Of a stretch of DNA of 64,000 bases, positions 40,676 to 49,988 are shown piece after piece. Origin of the DNA: Octopus bimaculoides (lineage: Eukaryota); contig NC_068998.1 of the NCBI RefSeq assembly GCF_001194135.2, forward strand, positions 11,815,880 to 11,879,879, in the 5' to 3' direction. Under the pieces are notes generated by a model. It was not told the DNA's origin. It did no database searches and saw nothing but the letters and a program-made list of their open reading frames with translations. Each line of letters starts with the position of its first letter. Position 1 is the first letter of the stretch. Both the position numbers and the translations under genes were made by a program.

Positions 40676-43600
40676 TGTTGAAACACAGAGAGTCTTAATC
40701 TTTTACTGGCTTATAACCTGCCAGCTGAAATCAACATAGGATTATACAGAAAATAAAATGTATCCATGGTCGAAACATATCTAAGTTTATATATATATAT
40801 TGAATTTTATTCCAATATAATTGTATTGTATGCATTCTTATTTATGTCTTTCAAACACGGTGCATGTGTGTGTATGTGTGTACTGAAGGCTAGATTCAAC
40901 AAACAGTAATGGGATTAGGTGCTTGTAGCTATAAAAAAATTAAAAAATTTAAAAAAAAGTTTTCTAAACCTAACTTTAGATCAGTAAGTATTCCATGTGT
41001 TTGTGTTACACTAAGAAAATGAAACAATGAGAATGGAAGTAGAATCAAATTGATTGATATATCGATTATCAGAACAAAAATATTTTACAAAGCAGTCAAA
41101 TTTTAAGATATGTATGAGAATTAAAAATACCTGAGTTTATACACCAAGAAAACAGCTCCTAAATTTCACATGGATCAATTTAGCTGTACCATTCATGACG
41201 GAAATTTTAACTTGCTTTTTGCTTTTAACTCTTTAGCATTCAGATTTTTCTATCAAATGTAAAGCTTATTTATTCACATTATTTTGAATTAATTATGCAT
41301 TATCTCGTAGCTTTGAGAGTTCAATAATATGATCGTTGCATTTTTAGAATAACATTGTAGGAAAGGCATGAGAGATCAGATCTGGCTGGTTTGGACATAA
41401 AAGATAAAATATTTGGGCCAGATATGTCTGGTTGAAACACTAAAGGGTTAAAGCTATGTAAATACAAATTTCATACTGGCTGGTACCTATCAGAGCAATA
41501 CCTGTCATGTTTCAATTAGTGCAACTTATGCACAAATAAATATAGTAATTTCAGAGTAATTTGCTAATTAGAAACTAAGTAAATCATCCTGAAAAAGAAT
41601 CTTTCCTTAAAACAAAAATGACAGTCTAGTTTTAAACATTTCATGGAATTTCAACTATTATATACATATATATATTTACATGCACACACACACAGACACA
41701 CAGAAAACCAGCATGAAGAACTATTTACAATGATTAACATTTTATACTGTTAAATATTCACACCAGCTAATGTGTTTAAATATATGCACCAAACTTTATA
41801 TTGCTAAATACAACTGTTCCTTTACTTCTGATCTTTGAGAAAATTAACAGGACAAAATAATGTGGATCTATTGTGAAGTAGCAAATTATAAACTGATAAG
41901 ATTAAGAACTTCACTGAAACTATCTGAAGCTCTATTACATTCTAATTGAACTTCAGTGAACACTATTATAATAGTTAACCATTTCTAATCTTAAGCAACT
42001 GTATTCCAATTTAGACTTGTGCAAAAAAAATATTTAAAAAAACTCAACTAAATGCCCCAGTAAAATACTGAATTTGAAGCAAAACACATGTGCACACTTG
42101 ATGGGATATCTAGCATGTTTATTTTTTTTTTAAATAAGAGAGACAAACTTTCTGTAAATGATAATGTATAAAATATTGTTTTAATAAGCATCACTCACTG
42201 ATATTTTATGCTGTAAAAACAGCAATATAATAATGAAAAAAATATAGATTTTATCTTTTTGCTACTCTATTTCAATATATTTTAAAAATAAACAAGCATT
42301 AAGTAAAACTATTTTGTCATTATTAAACTGCTGTTTAGAATATAAATCAGCATGGAATTCTGATAAAAGGTTTTTAATTTAGGTTACTCTAAAACTGGAA
42401 GCTTGTACTGTAGGAACAAGGGTCGTCTCAGGCAGGTTTGGTATCAAAAGGATGAACTCTTTCGGAGTTTATGAAGAAGAAGTAAAAATAATCCCTTTTG
42501 TAAACACATTTCAAATAGCATTAAAGTAGATTAGCTCTTCCTGATATGAGTTATTCTGATAGACTTCAAAGAAGAACAAAATGAGTCTTAGACCAAATGG
42601 GAGGTAGGAAAGGAAACAAACTATTAACCACAAAATTTTGATTTGTAAAATAATGGAGAAAGAAATATCAGGTACTCACCGTACATATAGGACTCATAGA
42701 TACTTGGTTTTGGAGACGGATACTGCGGTGAATCTTGACGGTACTCATCTGGGCTAGGTGAGTAAACCTTCAAAAGAAAAAGAAATTTTTTTTTTTGAGT
42801 ATTGTAATTTAATGATTACCAGTAGTGTCTGTGGAAATTTCATGTAATATTGAAAACTAAAACAATGTCAACAATTTATAGAGATCCACAAAATACATTA
42901 TTTTCTTTTTTGTTTTTTTTTTTAAATGCATTTGTGTTTGGCTCTTGAAATGGTGTAAAATCCCGCATGGGTAGTACTTAAGAGAGAACATCTTTGGAAA
43001 CTATATTCTTTGTTATACACTTATTGTTTTTTTCTACCTTGTTACTAATTATTTTTATGTTTATGTCAAAAAGGAAAAAAATCTTAACTATGGAATGAAA
43101 CCGAAGCTGCTTTGCTACAGTATGACTATGTTAGTAAATCTTTAACCTGCACGATTTACTACATCATTTAGTTTCACATCAGATGAAAGTTCAAACATTT
43201 GGGTTTGAAGCCACAGTCCCAGTTTACAAAGTGCAGTAGTGCTTCACTGAACTATAGATTCTAGATAGAAAAACAAAAAAGTAATACACACATAATCACA
43301 TTCACATACATTGATAGAAATATACAGATCTGGAGAAAGACTGTAAACACATTATAAACACAAACATACACACACACATTTGTGCAATTGATGTAAATAT
43401 AGCCTTGCAAGTATATTTCTACTAGTTATACATGAAATCTGGAGAGAACATCCTTTCTGAGAATGCTTGCATATAACCAACCATGTGGTGTATGTATACA
43501 GACTCAACAGTAATTAGAGTATGAGAATGGATACTTTTTTTTAGATGTTTATAAACTGTTGGGTCTCTATACATATACAACATCCTGAGTAACACACACA

Positions 43601-45595
43601 CCCTAGTGTGAGAGGCCAGATATGACTAGTTTGAGCATAAAACAGGTAGAATATCCTGGCCGGATATAGCCAGTTTAAATGCTAAAGGGTTAAATGTTTT
43701 TATTAAATACAACAATCTGATTACAATAAATTACTATAATTATTATATGCACTATATCATTAATATAGAAGGTGGGTTGTAGAAGGTATAGGAGCTTAAC
43801 GAATTAATCAGCTTCAAGAAATTTCTAGACAATACCATTACAGAATCATTGAACCATTACCCCCTCAATAAGATGTTGGGGACATAGCATTAAGCATCTT
43901 GCTTAAGAAAGTAATATTATGTCTGCTATGAAAGCACAAAAAATCTTGGGAACCCAGAGGCCTGAAGCATCATCACCATCATCATCATCATCATCATGAC
44001 TACATTACACCTATAATACCACCACTGCTGTCTTATCAAAAGACAAAAATGGGTTTTTTGTAAAAAACTGAACAACACCAGTAGAATTTGGGAATGAGAT
44101 TTTAAAATGAAAACTTGGAAACTGATTAGTTTTTCTTCCAGGAGTAACTTTTAAGAGAAAAGAAGGAGTACATCCAAGAATAATACTCATAGATTTCTCT
44201 TGACTAGACACAACAGTATATTGCTTTATCAATCTCAAGGGATAATGAAAGACAAAGTTTACCCTAATGGGATTTGAAACTTGTGAGAAAAGGAGAAAAC
44301 TAAACACTACAAAACATTTTAGCCTTACATCCTATGACCTCAACCATTACCATATATTATGATGATGATGATGATGATGAGAAGAAGGAGGAGGTAGAGA
44401 TGATGTTCATGCCTTTCACAATAACATTAGCATAGTAAATGAAGCTACTCAAATAAGGAATTGAAACGAAGCCATCAGAAACTATTGCTACATTATGAGC
44501 CCACCATCACCACCACTACCATTATGAACAACTATAACAAAACAATAAGCCAAACAGATCCTCCATGTGGTCATTCAAACCTACTAGAAATAGCAGTTAA
44601 ATTTCCTTCAAATCACATCCTAAACAAAACAAAATGGAAGACATAAGATGATACACTGATCTTCCACCAAAAATAAAACTGGATAGTCATAGCTGGAATG
44701 TCATTTGGCTGAACTGACCTGGCATAAAACAATTGAATTGGAGGTATAAAACAAGAGCACAGTAATTAACGCTAATGCAATATATACATAATGGAGTAAA
44801 AATAAAATACACAATGACATCTTGTGAATTATATAAACAAAACAAAAAAAAGATTATACAAAAGACACTAAAACAAAAACAAAGAAATCACTTAAAAAAA
44901 CTGGTCCCTGATTTTAAAATGATAATGCCAATAAATTGCACTCAGTCATATTTGTAAAATTGACCAGATTATTTTAAAAGTTACTTTTTGTTTTTCATGA
45001 AAATTAAAAGTCATCTGCTTTTAAAAGTAACTCAAGGTAAAAGTTTTGTTTCAAGAAAGTTATTGAAACAAACTTGGCAAGATATTAATAAATATGAAGT
45101 AAAAGAGAAAAAAAACATAAGGAACAAGCATGAGCTATTTTTTGCATTGTATTGAAATTAAATTAAGCAGCTTTTTTAAACGAGCATTAAACTTTTTTTT
45201 TTAAGCTACTCAAAGATCTAACTTGGTAAAAATTGAGATAAAAAGAAAGTAACTTAAAATATCTTTTGTCATTATTTATAAATTTATTTCATTTTTCTCT
45301 CTGGCTTGGATTCCTAGCAACCATTTGTTCTCATAGAATGAAACTATGTCGTGGATTTAAATATATTAGGAGTAGGGAGAGAAAGGGAAAANNNNNNNNN
45401 NNNNNNNNNNNNNNNNNNNNNNNNNNNNNNNNNNNNNNNNNNNNNNNNNNNNNNNNNNNNNNNNNNNNNNNNNNNNNNNNNNNNNNNNNNNNNNNNNNNN
45501 NNNNNNNNNNNNNNNNNNNNNNNNNNNNNNNNNNNNNNNNNNNNNNNNNNNNNNNNNNNNNNNNNNNNNNNNNNNNNNNNNNNNNNNNNNNNNNN

Positions 45596-45630
<35 letters not shown>

Positions 45631-45814
45631 ACCAACACCACCAGTAGTAGTAAATTCCAACAGAGCCACAAGGCCACAAATTTAGAGGACAGTGTAATTA
45701 ATTAAATACAAATTGCTTCATTGACTTTATAAGGATGAAAGGCGATATGAAGCCCTACTGGGATTTAAATTCAGAATCTGTTCAGAGATCTACTGATTCT
45801 GTCATTCACAGCCC

Positions 45815-45867
<53 letters not shown>

Positions 45868-47634
45868 CCTTTCTACTATAGGCATAAGGCCTGAAATTTG
45901 GTGGGAGGGAATTAGTACTTATTTCACTGATCCCGAAAGGATGAAAAGCAAGGTTGACCCCCAGCGGAATTTGAACTCAGAACATAAAGATGGATGAAAT
46001 ATCGCTAAGCATTTCGCCCGACACGCTAACAATTCTGCCAGCTTGTTGCCTTAATAATAATAATAATGATGGTTTCAAATTTTGGCACAAAGCCAGTATT
46101 TTCATGGGAGGTACATCGATCCCATTACTCAACTGATACTTCTTTTATTGAGCTCAAGAGGATGAAAGGCAAATTCAACCTCAGCAAAATTTTTACTCAA
46201 GACTCAAAGACGGACAAATTACCGCTAAGCATTTTGCCCAGCATGCTAATGGTTCTGCTAGCTTGCCGCCTTATTATAATAACAATCCTTTCTACTATAG
46301 GCACAAAGCCTGCAATTTTGGGGGAGAGGACTAGTTGATTACATCGCCCCTAGTGTTTCCCTAGTACTTAATTTATTGACTCCAAAAGGATGAAAGGCAA
46401 AGTCGACCTTGGCAGAATTTGAACTCAAAACATAGTGACAGGTGAAATACCGATAAGCATTTTGTCCAGCATGCTAATGATTCTGGCAGCTCGCCACCTT
46501 CAATAATAATAATAATAATAATAACAGCAGCAATATCTAACTTTTATCATAACAACAATTTCTAACCAAGGCACAAGTGTATTTTTCATGAAGAGTATAA
46601 TCGATTAAGATCAACTGGTGCTTATTTCATCAGACACAGAAAGATCAGAGGCAAAGTCAATTCAGACTGAATTTGAACTCAGACTATTAAAAAAAATTAA
46701 AATAAAATAAAAGAAACTGAAAATACGAATAAAATTCTGGTTTATAAAATTAACTGAGCTCCATGTGTAATGCCGAAGGCCAATGCAAAAATATGAGTAG
46801 ATGAAAATAATCCTATGTGGTAAAAATATTCACTTGCGAGTTGTTTAATATAAAAAGCAAGAAATTAGTGTCAATAACTCCGAGTAAAATCCAATGTAGA
46901 TATCCAATATGTAAACTTAAGAGTAGGTCCAATGTGGAAATATTGAAGGTAAATTATACATCAAATCAAACTGGACATTAAAGCAGTTCACTAAAGTTCC
47001 ATGATGATGTAAATGAATATCCAATATAAGAGATAGTTAAAGAAAAAAACAGTCAGTCCTTTGGTGCTTAACTCCAAATAAATCCATGTAGCATCCAATG
47101 GAGATGGCCACAAGTAGAGAGGTCCAAGTCAGGTTCAATGAAGACAGAAGAAAGAAATTTGCAAAACCACATATATACACACTAAAGAAGGGTAAGCATT
47201 ATTAAATTGGTTTGTCTGAGTCTGTGTGTGTGTGTAAACATACAGAGAAAGAGAGAAAGAGAGATATTTAGTTATGAAGTAGATGAAAGTAGTCAATTAT
47301 ATTTACCAAATAAACAGCGGATATATAAATGACTTACTGTCTCAAGATAACATTGTATAACTTAAATTATATCATGAAACCACTACAATTAACTAACCAT
47401 ACTGCCTCAGAAAATAACATTATATAACTAATTAAATTGTAAACAAGCTAATTCCCAAGTTAGCTCCTGTTCCTTAATTTCATTAAGTTCAAAATAAAAT
47501 ATTATATAAGTGAAAACTAAATAAATCTAAACAGAAAATTTTTCAGTTAAAAAAAAAAAAGGTACTATACTTACATTTCCTTTGGGAGGGAGATACATAA
47601 GGGTTCTATAGAATGGATATGTTGTACAATACAT
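114..47634 (-). CDS. TCF12: E-protein (class I bHLH, daughterless/TCF3/TCF4/TCF12 co-ortholog). Span of predicted Alt-A isoform: 13 exons, 1788 nt, 595 aa. Canonical 5' exons lie outside the window.
   Basis: Hand-assembled join (minus): 47634-47575, 42767-42680, 39145-39000, 30615-30391, 26367-26289, 24749-24670, 16612-16373, 13443-13371, 12423-12267, 9027-8944, 7095-6950, 2973-2857, 406-114. All introns GT-AG, phases consistent, no internal stop. Symbol is nominal: invertebrates usually have one E-protein. Confidence 0.95.
536..900 (-). mobile_element. tRNA-derived SINE (tRNA-Arg-like head; octopus OR-type)
   Basis: Minus-strand head GGCGCAATGGCCCAGTGGTTAGGGCAGTGGACTCGCGG...GGTTTCGATTCC with A and B boxes; (CAA)n tail. 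Confidence 0.8.
1131..1345 (+). mobile_element. SINE family B (head GGCGAGCTGGCAGAA; core gagttcaaatt..gactttgcctttcatcctttcggggtcgataaa)
   Basis: More than 15 diverged copies recognisable in the window. Confidence 0.8.
2857..2973 (-). CDS. TCF12: E-protein C-domain exon (E|[39 protein letters not shown])
   Basis: Invariant E-protein motif [17 protein letters not shown]; acceptor tgtgtttag|AA; donor G|gtaagg; 117 nt, phase 1-1. Confidence 0.97.
4930..6070 (+). mobile_element. Decayed hAT-superfamily transposase (ZMYM1-like type), frameshifted
   Basis: Fragments [13 protein letters not shown] (RW motif), [26 protein letters not shown] (C-terminal dimerisation domain) and [17 protein letters not shown]; multiple stops. 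Confidence 0.75.
6950..7095 (-). CDS. TCF12: HLH exon (R|[48 protein letters not shown])
   Basis: Class I HLH sequence; acceptor ttttgttatacag|G; donor G|gtaggg; phase 2-1. Confidence 0.98.
8603..8712. repeat. Three-copy 33-36 bp tandem repeat with 8 E-boxes
   Basis: Unit aaaCAGCTGtctgcaagaaCAGTTGggcaagtt. CAGCTG at 8606, 8639, 8675; CAGTTG at 8622, 8658, 8691; CATGTG 8699; CAGATG 8707. Confidence 0.9.
8944..9027 (-). CDS. TCF12: Basic-region exon (S|[28 protein letters not shown])
   Basis: E-protein basic region (R..ANNARER); tandem acceptor ttttcaaTAG CAG (starts 9027 or 9024); donor AG|gtattg; 84 nt, phase 2-2. Confidence 0.96.
11543..11924. mobile_element. Degenerate foldback/MITE-like element with 67-bp inverted arms
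   Basis: Arms 11543-11609 and 11858-11924 align ungapped with 12 mismatches out of 67. Confidence 0.75.
11955..12170 (+). mobile_element. SINE family B copy
   Basis: Shares the core and tail with 1131-1345. Confidence 0.75.
12267..12423 (-). CDS. TCF12: E-protein exon (A|[19 protein letters not shown]...PPSKRA)
   Basis: Acceptor ttttttttctctag; donor AG|gtaagt; 157 nt open, phase 1-2; IKVE and PSKRA motifs like the pre-bHLH region of E-proteins. Confidence 0.9.
13371..13443 (-). CDS. TCF12: E-protein exon ([24 protein letters not shown]|A)
   Basis: Acceptor tttctattttatttcag; donor G|gtttgt; 73 nt, phase 0-1, exactly bridges the exons at 16373 and 12423. Confidence 0.85.
14123..14902. mobile_element. 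Two TTAA-MITE copies in inverted orientation
   Basis: 14123-14350 (+) and 14701-14902 (-) share tttatttattcac.ttgttttgaat.aat and aacataaaacagg segments. Confidence 0.7.
16373..16612 (-). CDS. TCF12: AD2-region exon ([21 protein letters not shown]...AHMDSHM)
   Basis: Conserved ERLDDAI.VLRNHA motif; acceptor ttttctccaaacag; donor ATG|gtgaga; 240 nt, phase 0-0. Confidence 0.96.
18116..18344 (+). mobile_element. Second TTAA-flanked MITE family
   Basis: TTAAcccctt ... aaatggTTAA, 229 bp; partial related sequence near 9770-9830. Confidence 0.55.
19010..19260 (+). mobile_element. SINE with tRNA head and CORE-like segment
   Basis: ggctatgtgataagaagtttgcttcccaaccacatggttccagg...gtgtcttctactacag; related copies at about 16930, 25610, 32865, 36260 (+) and 4330 (-). 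Confidence 0.7.
19720..20010 (+). mobile_element. RTE-clade LINE 3' fragment, decayed
   Basis: Degenerate W.G.V.R...RG.P.K.W pattern ending in the gcatggaaaa tail shared with SINE family C. Confidence 0.5.
20854..21146. other. Assembly gap; other gaps at 497-506, 31165-31375, 45392-45595 and 54685-54694
   Basis: Runs of N. Confidence 1.
21815..22000 (-). mobile_element. SINE family C 3' part, young copy
   Basis: catcatcatcgtttaacgtccgctttccatgctagcatgggttggacgatttgac... shared with other copies. Confidence 0.8.
24159..24220. repeat. 31-bp tandem duplication
   Basis: ttcattccccatgaagcatatatacctcata twice, 2 mismatches. Confidence 0.85.
24670..24749 (-). CDS. TCF12: E-protein exon (G|[26 protein letters not shown])
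   Basis: Resembles the vertebrate W.R...SP.Y...LHSL exon; acceptor ttactatttcag; donor TTA|gtaagt; phase 1-0. Confidence 0.92.
26289..26367 (-). CDS. TCF12: E-protein exon ([26 protein letters not shown]|G)
   Basis: Conserved [16 protein letters not shown]; acceptor ttttctgttttctag; donor G|gtaaaa; phase 0-1. Confidence 0.95.
26500..27650 (-). mobile_element. Cluster of about 5 family B SINE copies separated by (TAA)n/(TGA)n
   Basis: Repeated ggatgaaaggcaaagt.gacc..g.ggaatttgaactcag motif at about 26545, 26770, 27125, 27340 and 27540. Confidence 0.8.
26922..27099. mobile_element. hAT/Charlie-type MITE inserted within the SINE cluster
   Basis: TIRs cagtggtactcaacct / aggttgggaaccactg; 8-bp target-site duplication gacttgta / gactagta. 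Confidence 0.85.
28720..29110 (-). mobile_element. RTE-clade LINE 3' fragment, decayed
   Basis: Minus strand reads [15 protein letters not shown] and ends in the family C tail. Confidence 0.55.
30391..30615 (-). CDS. TCF12: E-protein exon ([24 protein letters not shown]...[12 protein letters not shown])
   Basis: LPPMSTF and QTGD.LGKALAS motifs; acceptor tttattttttag; donor TCT|gtaagt; 225 nt, phase 0-0. Confidence 0.96.
31931..31995. repeat. Perfect 30-bp inverted repeat with 5-nt loop
   Basis: aattaaaaatttcttgtgattttgttgatt-gcttt-aatcaacaaaatcacaagaaatttttaatt, checked base by base. Confidence 0.97.
33440..33820 (-). mobile_element. SINE family C 3' part (ggaagggcatccagctgtagaa core, RTE-like tail, (GAT)n)
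   Basis: Near-identical to 21815-22000 and 11400-11517; further copies at about 10615, 12530, 13020, 17440, 17640, 21250 and 62150. Confidence 0.8.
34330..35590 (+). repeat. Cluster of a ~150-bp interspersed repeat (family D) within an old tandem duplication
   Basis: Recurrent gtttag.cccagg, ggcattccagc..tgacca and gctgctatttctagca; other copies near 44640 (-), 49490 (-) and 61880 (+). Confidence 0.65.
39000..39145 (-). CDS. TCF12: E-protein exon (D|[16 protein letters not shown]...HHTHDM)
   Basis: SSDPW motif; acceptor tttctttctcttgacag; donor ATG|gtaagt; phase 1-0. Confidence 0.93.
41225..41451 (+). mobile_element. TTAA-flanked piggyBac-like MITE (full length, 227 bp)
   Basis: TTAActctttagcatt ... 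cactaaagggTTAA; related copies at 14123-14350, 14701-14902 (inverted), 43605-43692 and 58940-59122. Confidence 0.75.
42680..42767 (-). CDS. TCF12: First shared exon ([29 protein letters not shown]|D)
   Basis: Homologous to the vertebrate VYAPS..D..R.SP.YPS.KP exon; acceptor ttttcttttgaag; donor G|gtgagt; phase 0-1. Confidence 0.95.
45660..46690 (-). mobile_element. Head-to-tail array of 5 family B SINEs linked by (TAA)n
   Basis: Copies at about 45660-45815, 45868-46051, 46069-46272, 46285-46500 and 46560-46690. Confidence 0.85.
45816..45867. repeat. (TAA)n microsatellite; many other (TA)n, (CA)n, (GA)n and (CAT)n tracts in the window
   Basis: Read directly; other examples at 15006-15040, 18035-18065, 31376-31424, 34965-35017 and 63270-63343. 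Confidence 0.95.
47575..47634 (-). CDS. TCF12: Alternative first coding exon Alt-A ([20 protein letters not shown])
   Basis: acaATG start with an in-frame TGA upstream; 20 codons; donor AAT|gtaagt, phase 0; MYC..YP...LMY pattern resembles HEBAlt/TCF4-A. Confidence 0.85.
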
Positions 47635-49718
47635 TGTAACTAGTTTCAAAAAATGAGAGAAAGTGAATGAACCAAAAACTCTTCAGCTGGTCATTAGATC
47701 CAAAGTGAACGAATTAGACCAATATATATTCAGAGACATTGAGAACCTAGCTACAAGTGACCACTCACAGCTATAATCCATTAGTTAGGAGAGAAAGAAC
47801 TTTTCCAATTAATTCACATTATTATGAAGTAACTTTCAGAAACTAATCATTGCTGTTGTTGTTGATGATAATGATGGGAGATGAGAGACGATAATGAGTG
47901 TAGTAAACCTTGGTATCAATTATCTGCTTAGCTGTTTGAAAGAATAGTAAAAAGCCTTCATGAATGGACAGGTATTCCTTTTAGTATGAGACGCCAAGAT
48001 TATTAGGCCAATGTGGGAAACAAGCTAAACTAAGAGTAGAGGTTCAGGCAGCATAAGCTGAAATAACATCTTTGTCTGGTAGTAGAAGTTGGTTTCTTAA
48101 AATTCAGCAGCAGCAGCACACATGGTATCACCAGCACAAGCCAGTCTATTCACAGACTTGCAGTAGTAGGATTTAAACTAGGTTAAGAATGTGATTTGTG
48201 TCAACTTACAAACTAGATTATTGCATACTGTGTTGATTCTAGAGAGAAGGGATAATTTGACAAAAAAGAAAAAAATAATAATCTACATCAGTAATAAGTT
48301 AGGGTACATCTCTCTTTTTCTCTCTCTCTATTTCAAGAACAGTTATTAATAGTTTAAAAACATTAAGTTTTGCAATGGGTTTATTATATTTGTAGTTCAA
48401 CCCAAGTGTGTGTGTGTATATGTGTTCACACATGCTCACACAAACACAACATAAATAGTGTTAAGGGGGGAAAAAAAGGATAAAAAACAAGACAAATCTA
48501 ACACTTGCTAAATGAAAGATTTTAAATAAGGATTTTTAAATAAAAATAATAATAATAATAATAGTAACTTGATAGAAGAAATTGTTTTTTTTCCCTCCCT
48601 TTGAATTAGAACTAAATTAATTAGACTTGAGCAAAAGACATTTAAAAATACAAGAAAAAAAGCTAGAATTATGACAAATCCTTACTTTTATATAAAAATT
48701 TTTTTTTAAATGGAAGGAAAAGTCATTTTATGAAATATTAATAAAGTGTTGTGGGTATGAAGTGGGGGTGGGACAGGATTAAAGCCTAAAGCATACAGAA
48801 ACTTTATTTTTAATGTCAGTAAAACCTGGCATTTAAGTATAAAATTATTTTAACTCTATATTTTCAAATATGAATGCATAGAGGAACAATTTAGGAAAAG
48901 TTATTAATTCTTTTTTTGACAGACAAAACAACTACGTTTTTATTTTATATACAGAAGGAGAGGGTGTGGCCATCAATACTCTACCAATATTAAATTATAA
49001 TAGGTGAATTGTGTGTTAAGGAGAGAGAGAGAGACAAGAGATGGAGCTTGGGGTGTATAGGACTTGGTCAAAGCAAAAAAGAAAGGAAAAGGAAAAATTG
49101 GGTCAAAAGTATTTTTACGGAAAAGTAGCAGCATTTCCCTCAATGGTTTAGAATCATGAACTAAATTTCATCAAGAATCAACAGCAAAATTGGGGGAAAA
49201 AAATATACATATTGCTTTTTTTTTATATATATATTTCCACACAATAAAATAGTTATTCATTAATAATAGCAAACAGCTAATGCTGTCAGAATTAATTAAA
49301 TAAAAAGAATTATCCAAAAATATAAAACTGTTTATTTCATTGTGTGTGTGCGTGTGTCAGTTATTTAGGTGGCTTTGAAGAATATGCTGTCACATAATGA
49401 ATATATAAAAAACAAAAAAGGCAAATGTTTTTTGTTGTTTAATAGTAAAGATGGCAACACTTTTTCCAAACAGAACAAAGGAATCTCTGAGATTACACAG
49501 TCTGCTAGAAATAGCCACCAAATCTCCCTCAAATCACATACAACTGGTGGGGTACACGTATTCTCAAAAAGAAATGACAGGATGAGCCTGGCTTGAATAT
49601 CTTTGATCACTGGTTTACTCTTTGAGATCCAACTAAGAACTAAACAACAACATATATGGAAGGTAGAAAAAGGGATTATTAATTATGAATGATACACACA
49701 CACACACACAAACACACA

Positions 49719-49943
49719 TGGTTGGCCAAAAGTCACCTGATGGTAAATCAAAACCATTTAATTCCAAGATTTATTTATTTATGTTTAACAACTGAATGAA
49801 TTTAATAAAACATCTAAATATGAAACATCATAAAAATTGTTCAAACTAAAGTCCTTCTTGAGCGACACATTTCCCCATTCGGGTCAATACAGAATTACAG
49901 AGTATTTATGTAACTTTGATTTACTATGTGGTGACTTTTGGCC

Positions 49944-49946
<3 letters not shown>
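49719..49946 (-). mobile_element. Tc1/mariner-derived MITE
   Basis: Perfect 17-bp TIR gttggccaaaagtcacc (49721-49737 / 49930-49946); internal minus-strand TRMGKCVAQEG.*FEQ resembles a transposase C-terminus. Confidence 0.8.

Positions 49947-49988
<42 letters not shown>

Noticed and set aside
30473-42748. 119-aa hydrophobic ORF in the +1 frame of the spliced exons 42767, 39145 and 30615
   Set aside because: Expected from Ser/Pro/His-rich coding with few NTA/NTG codons; no recognisable motif; would be an NMD target.
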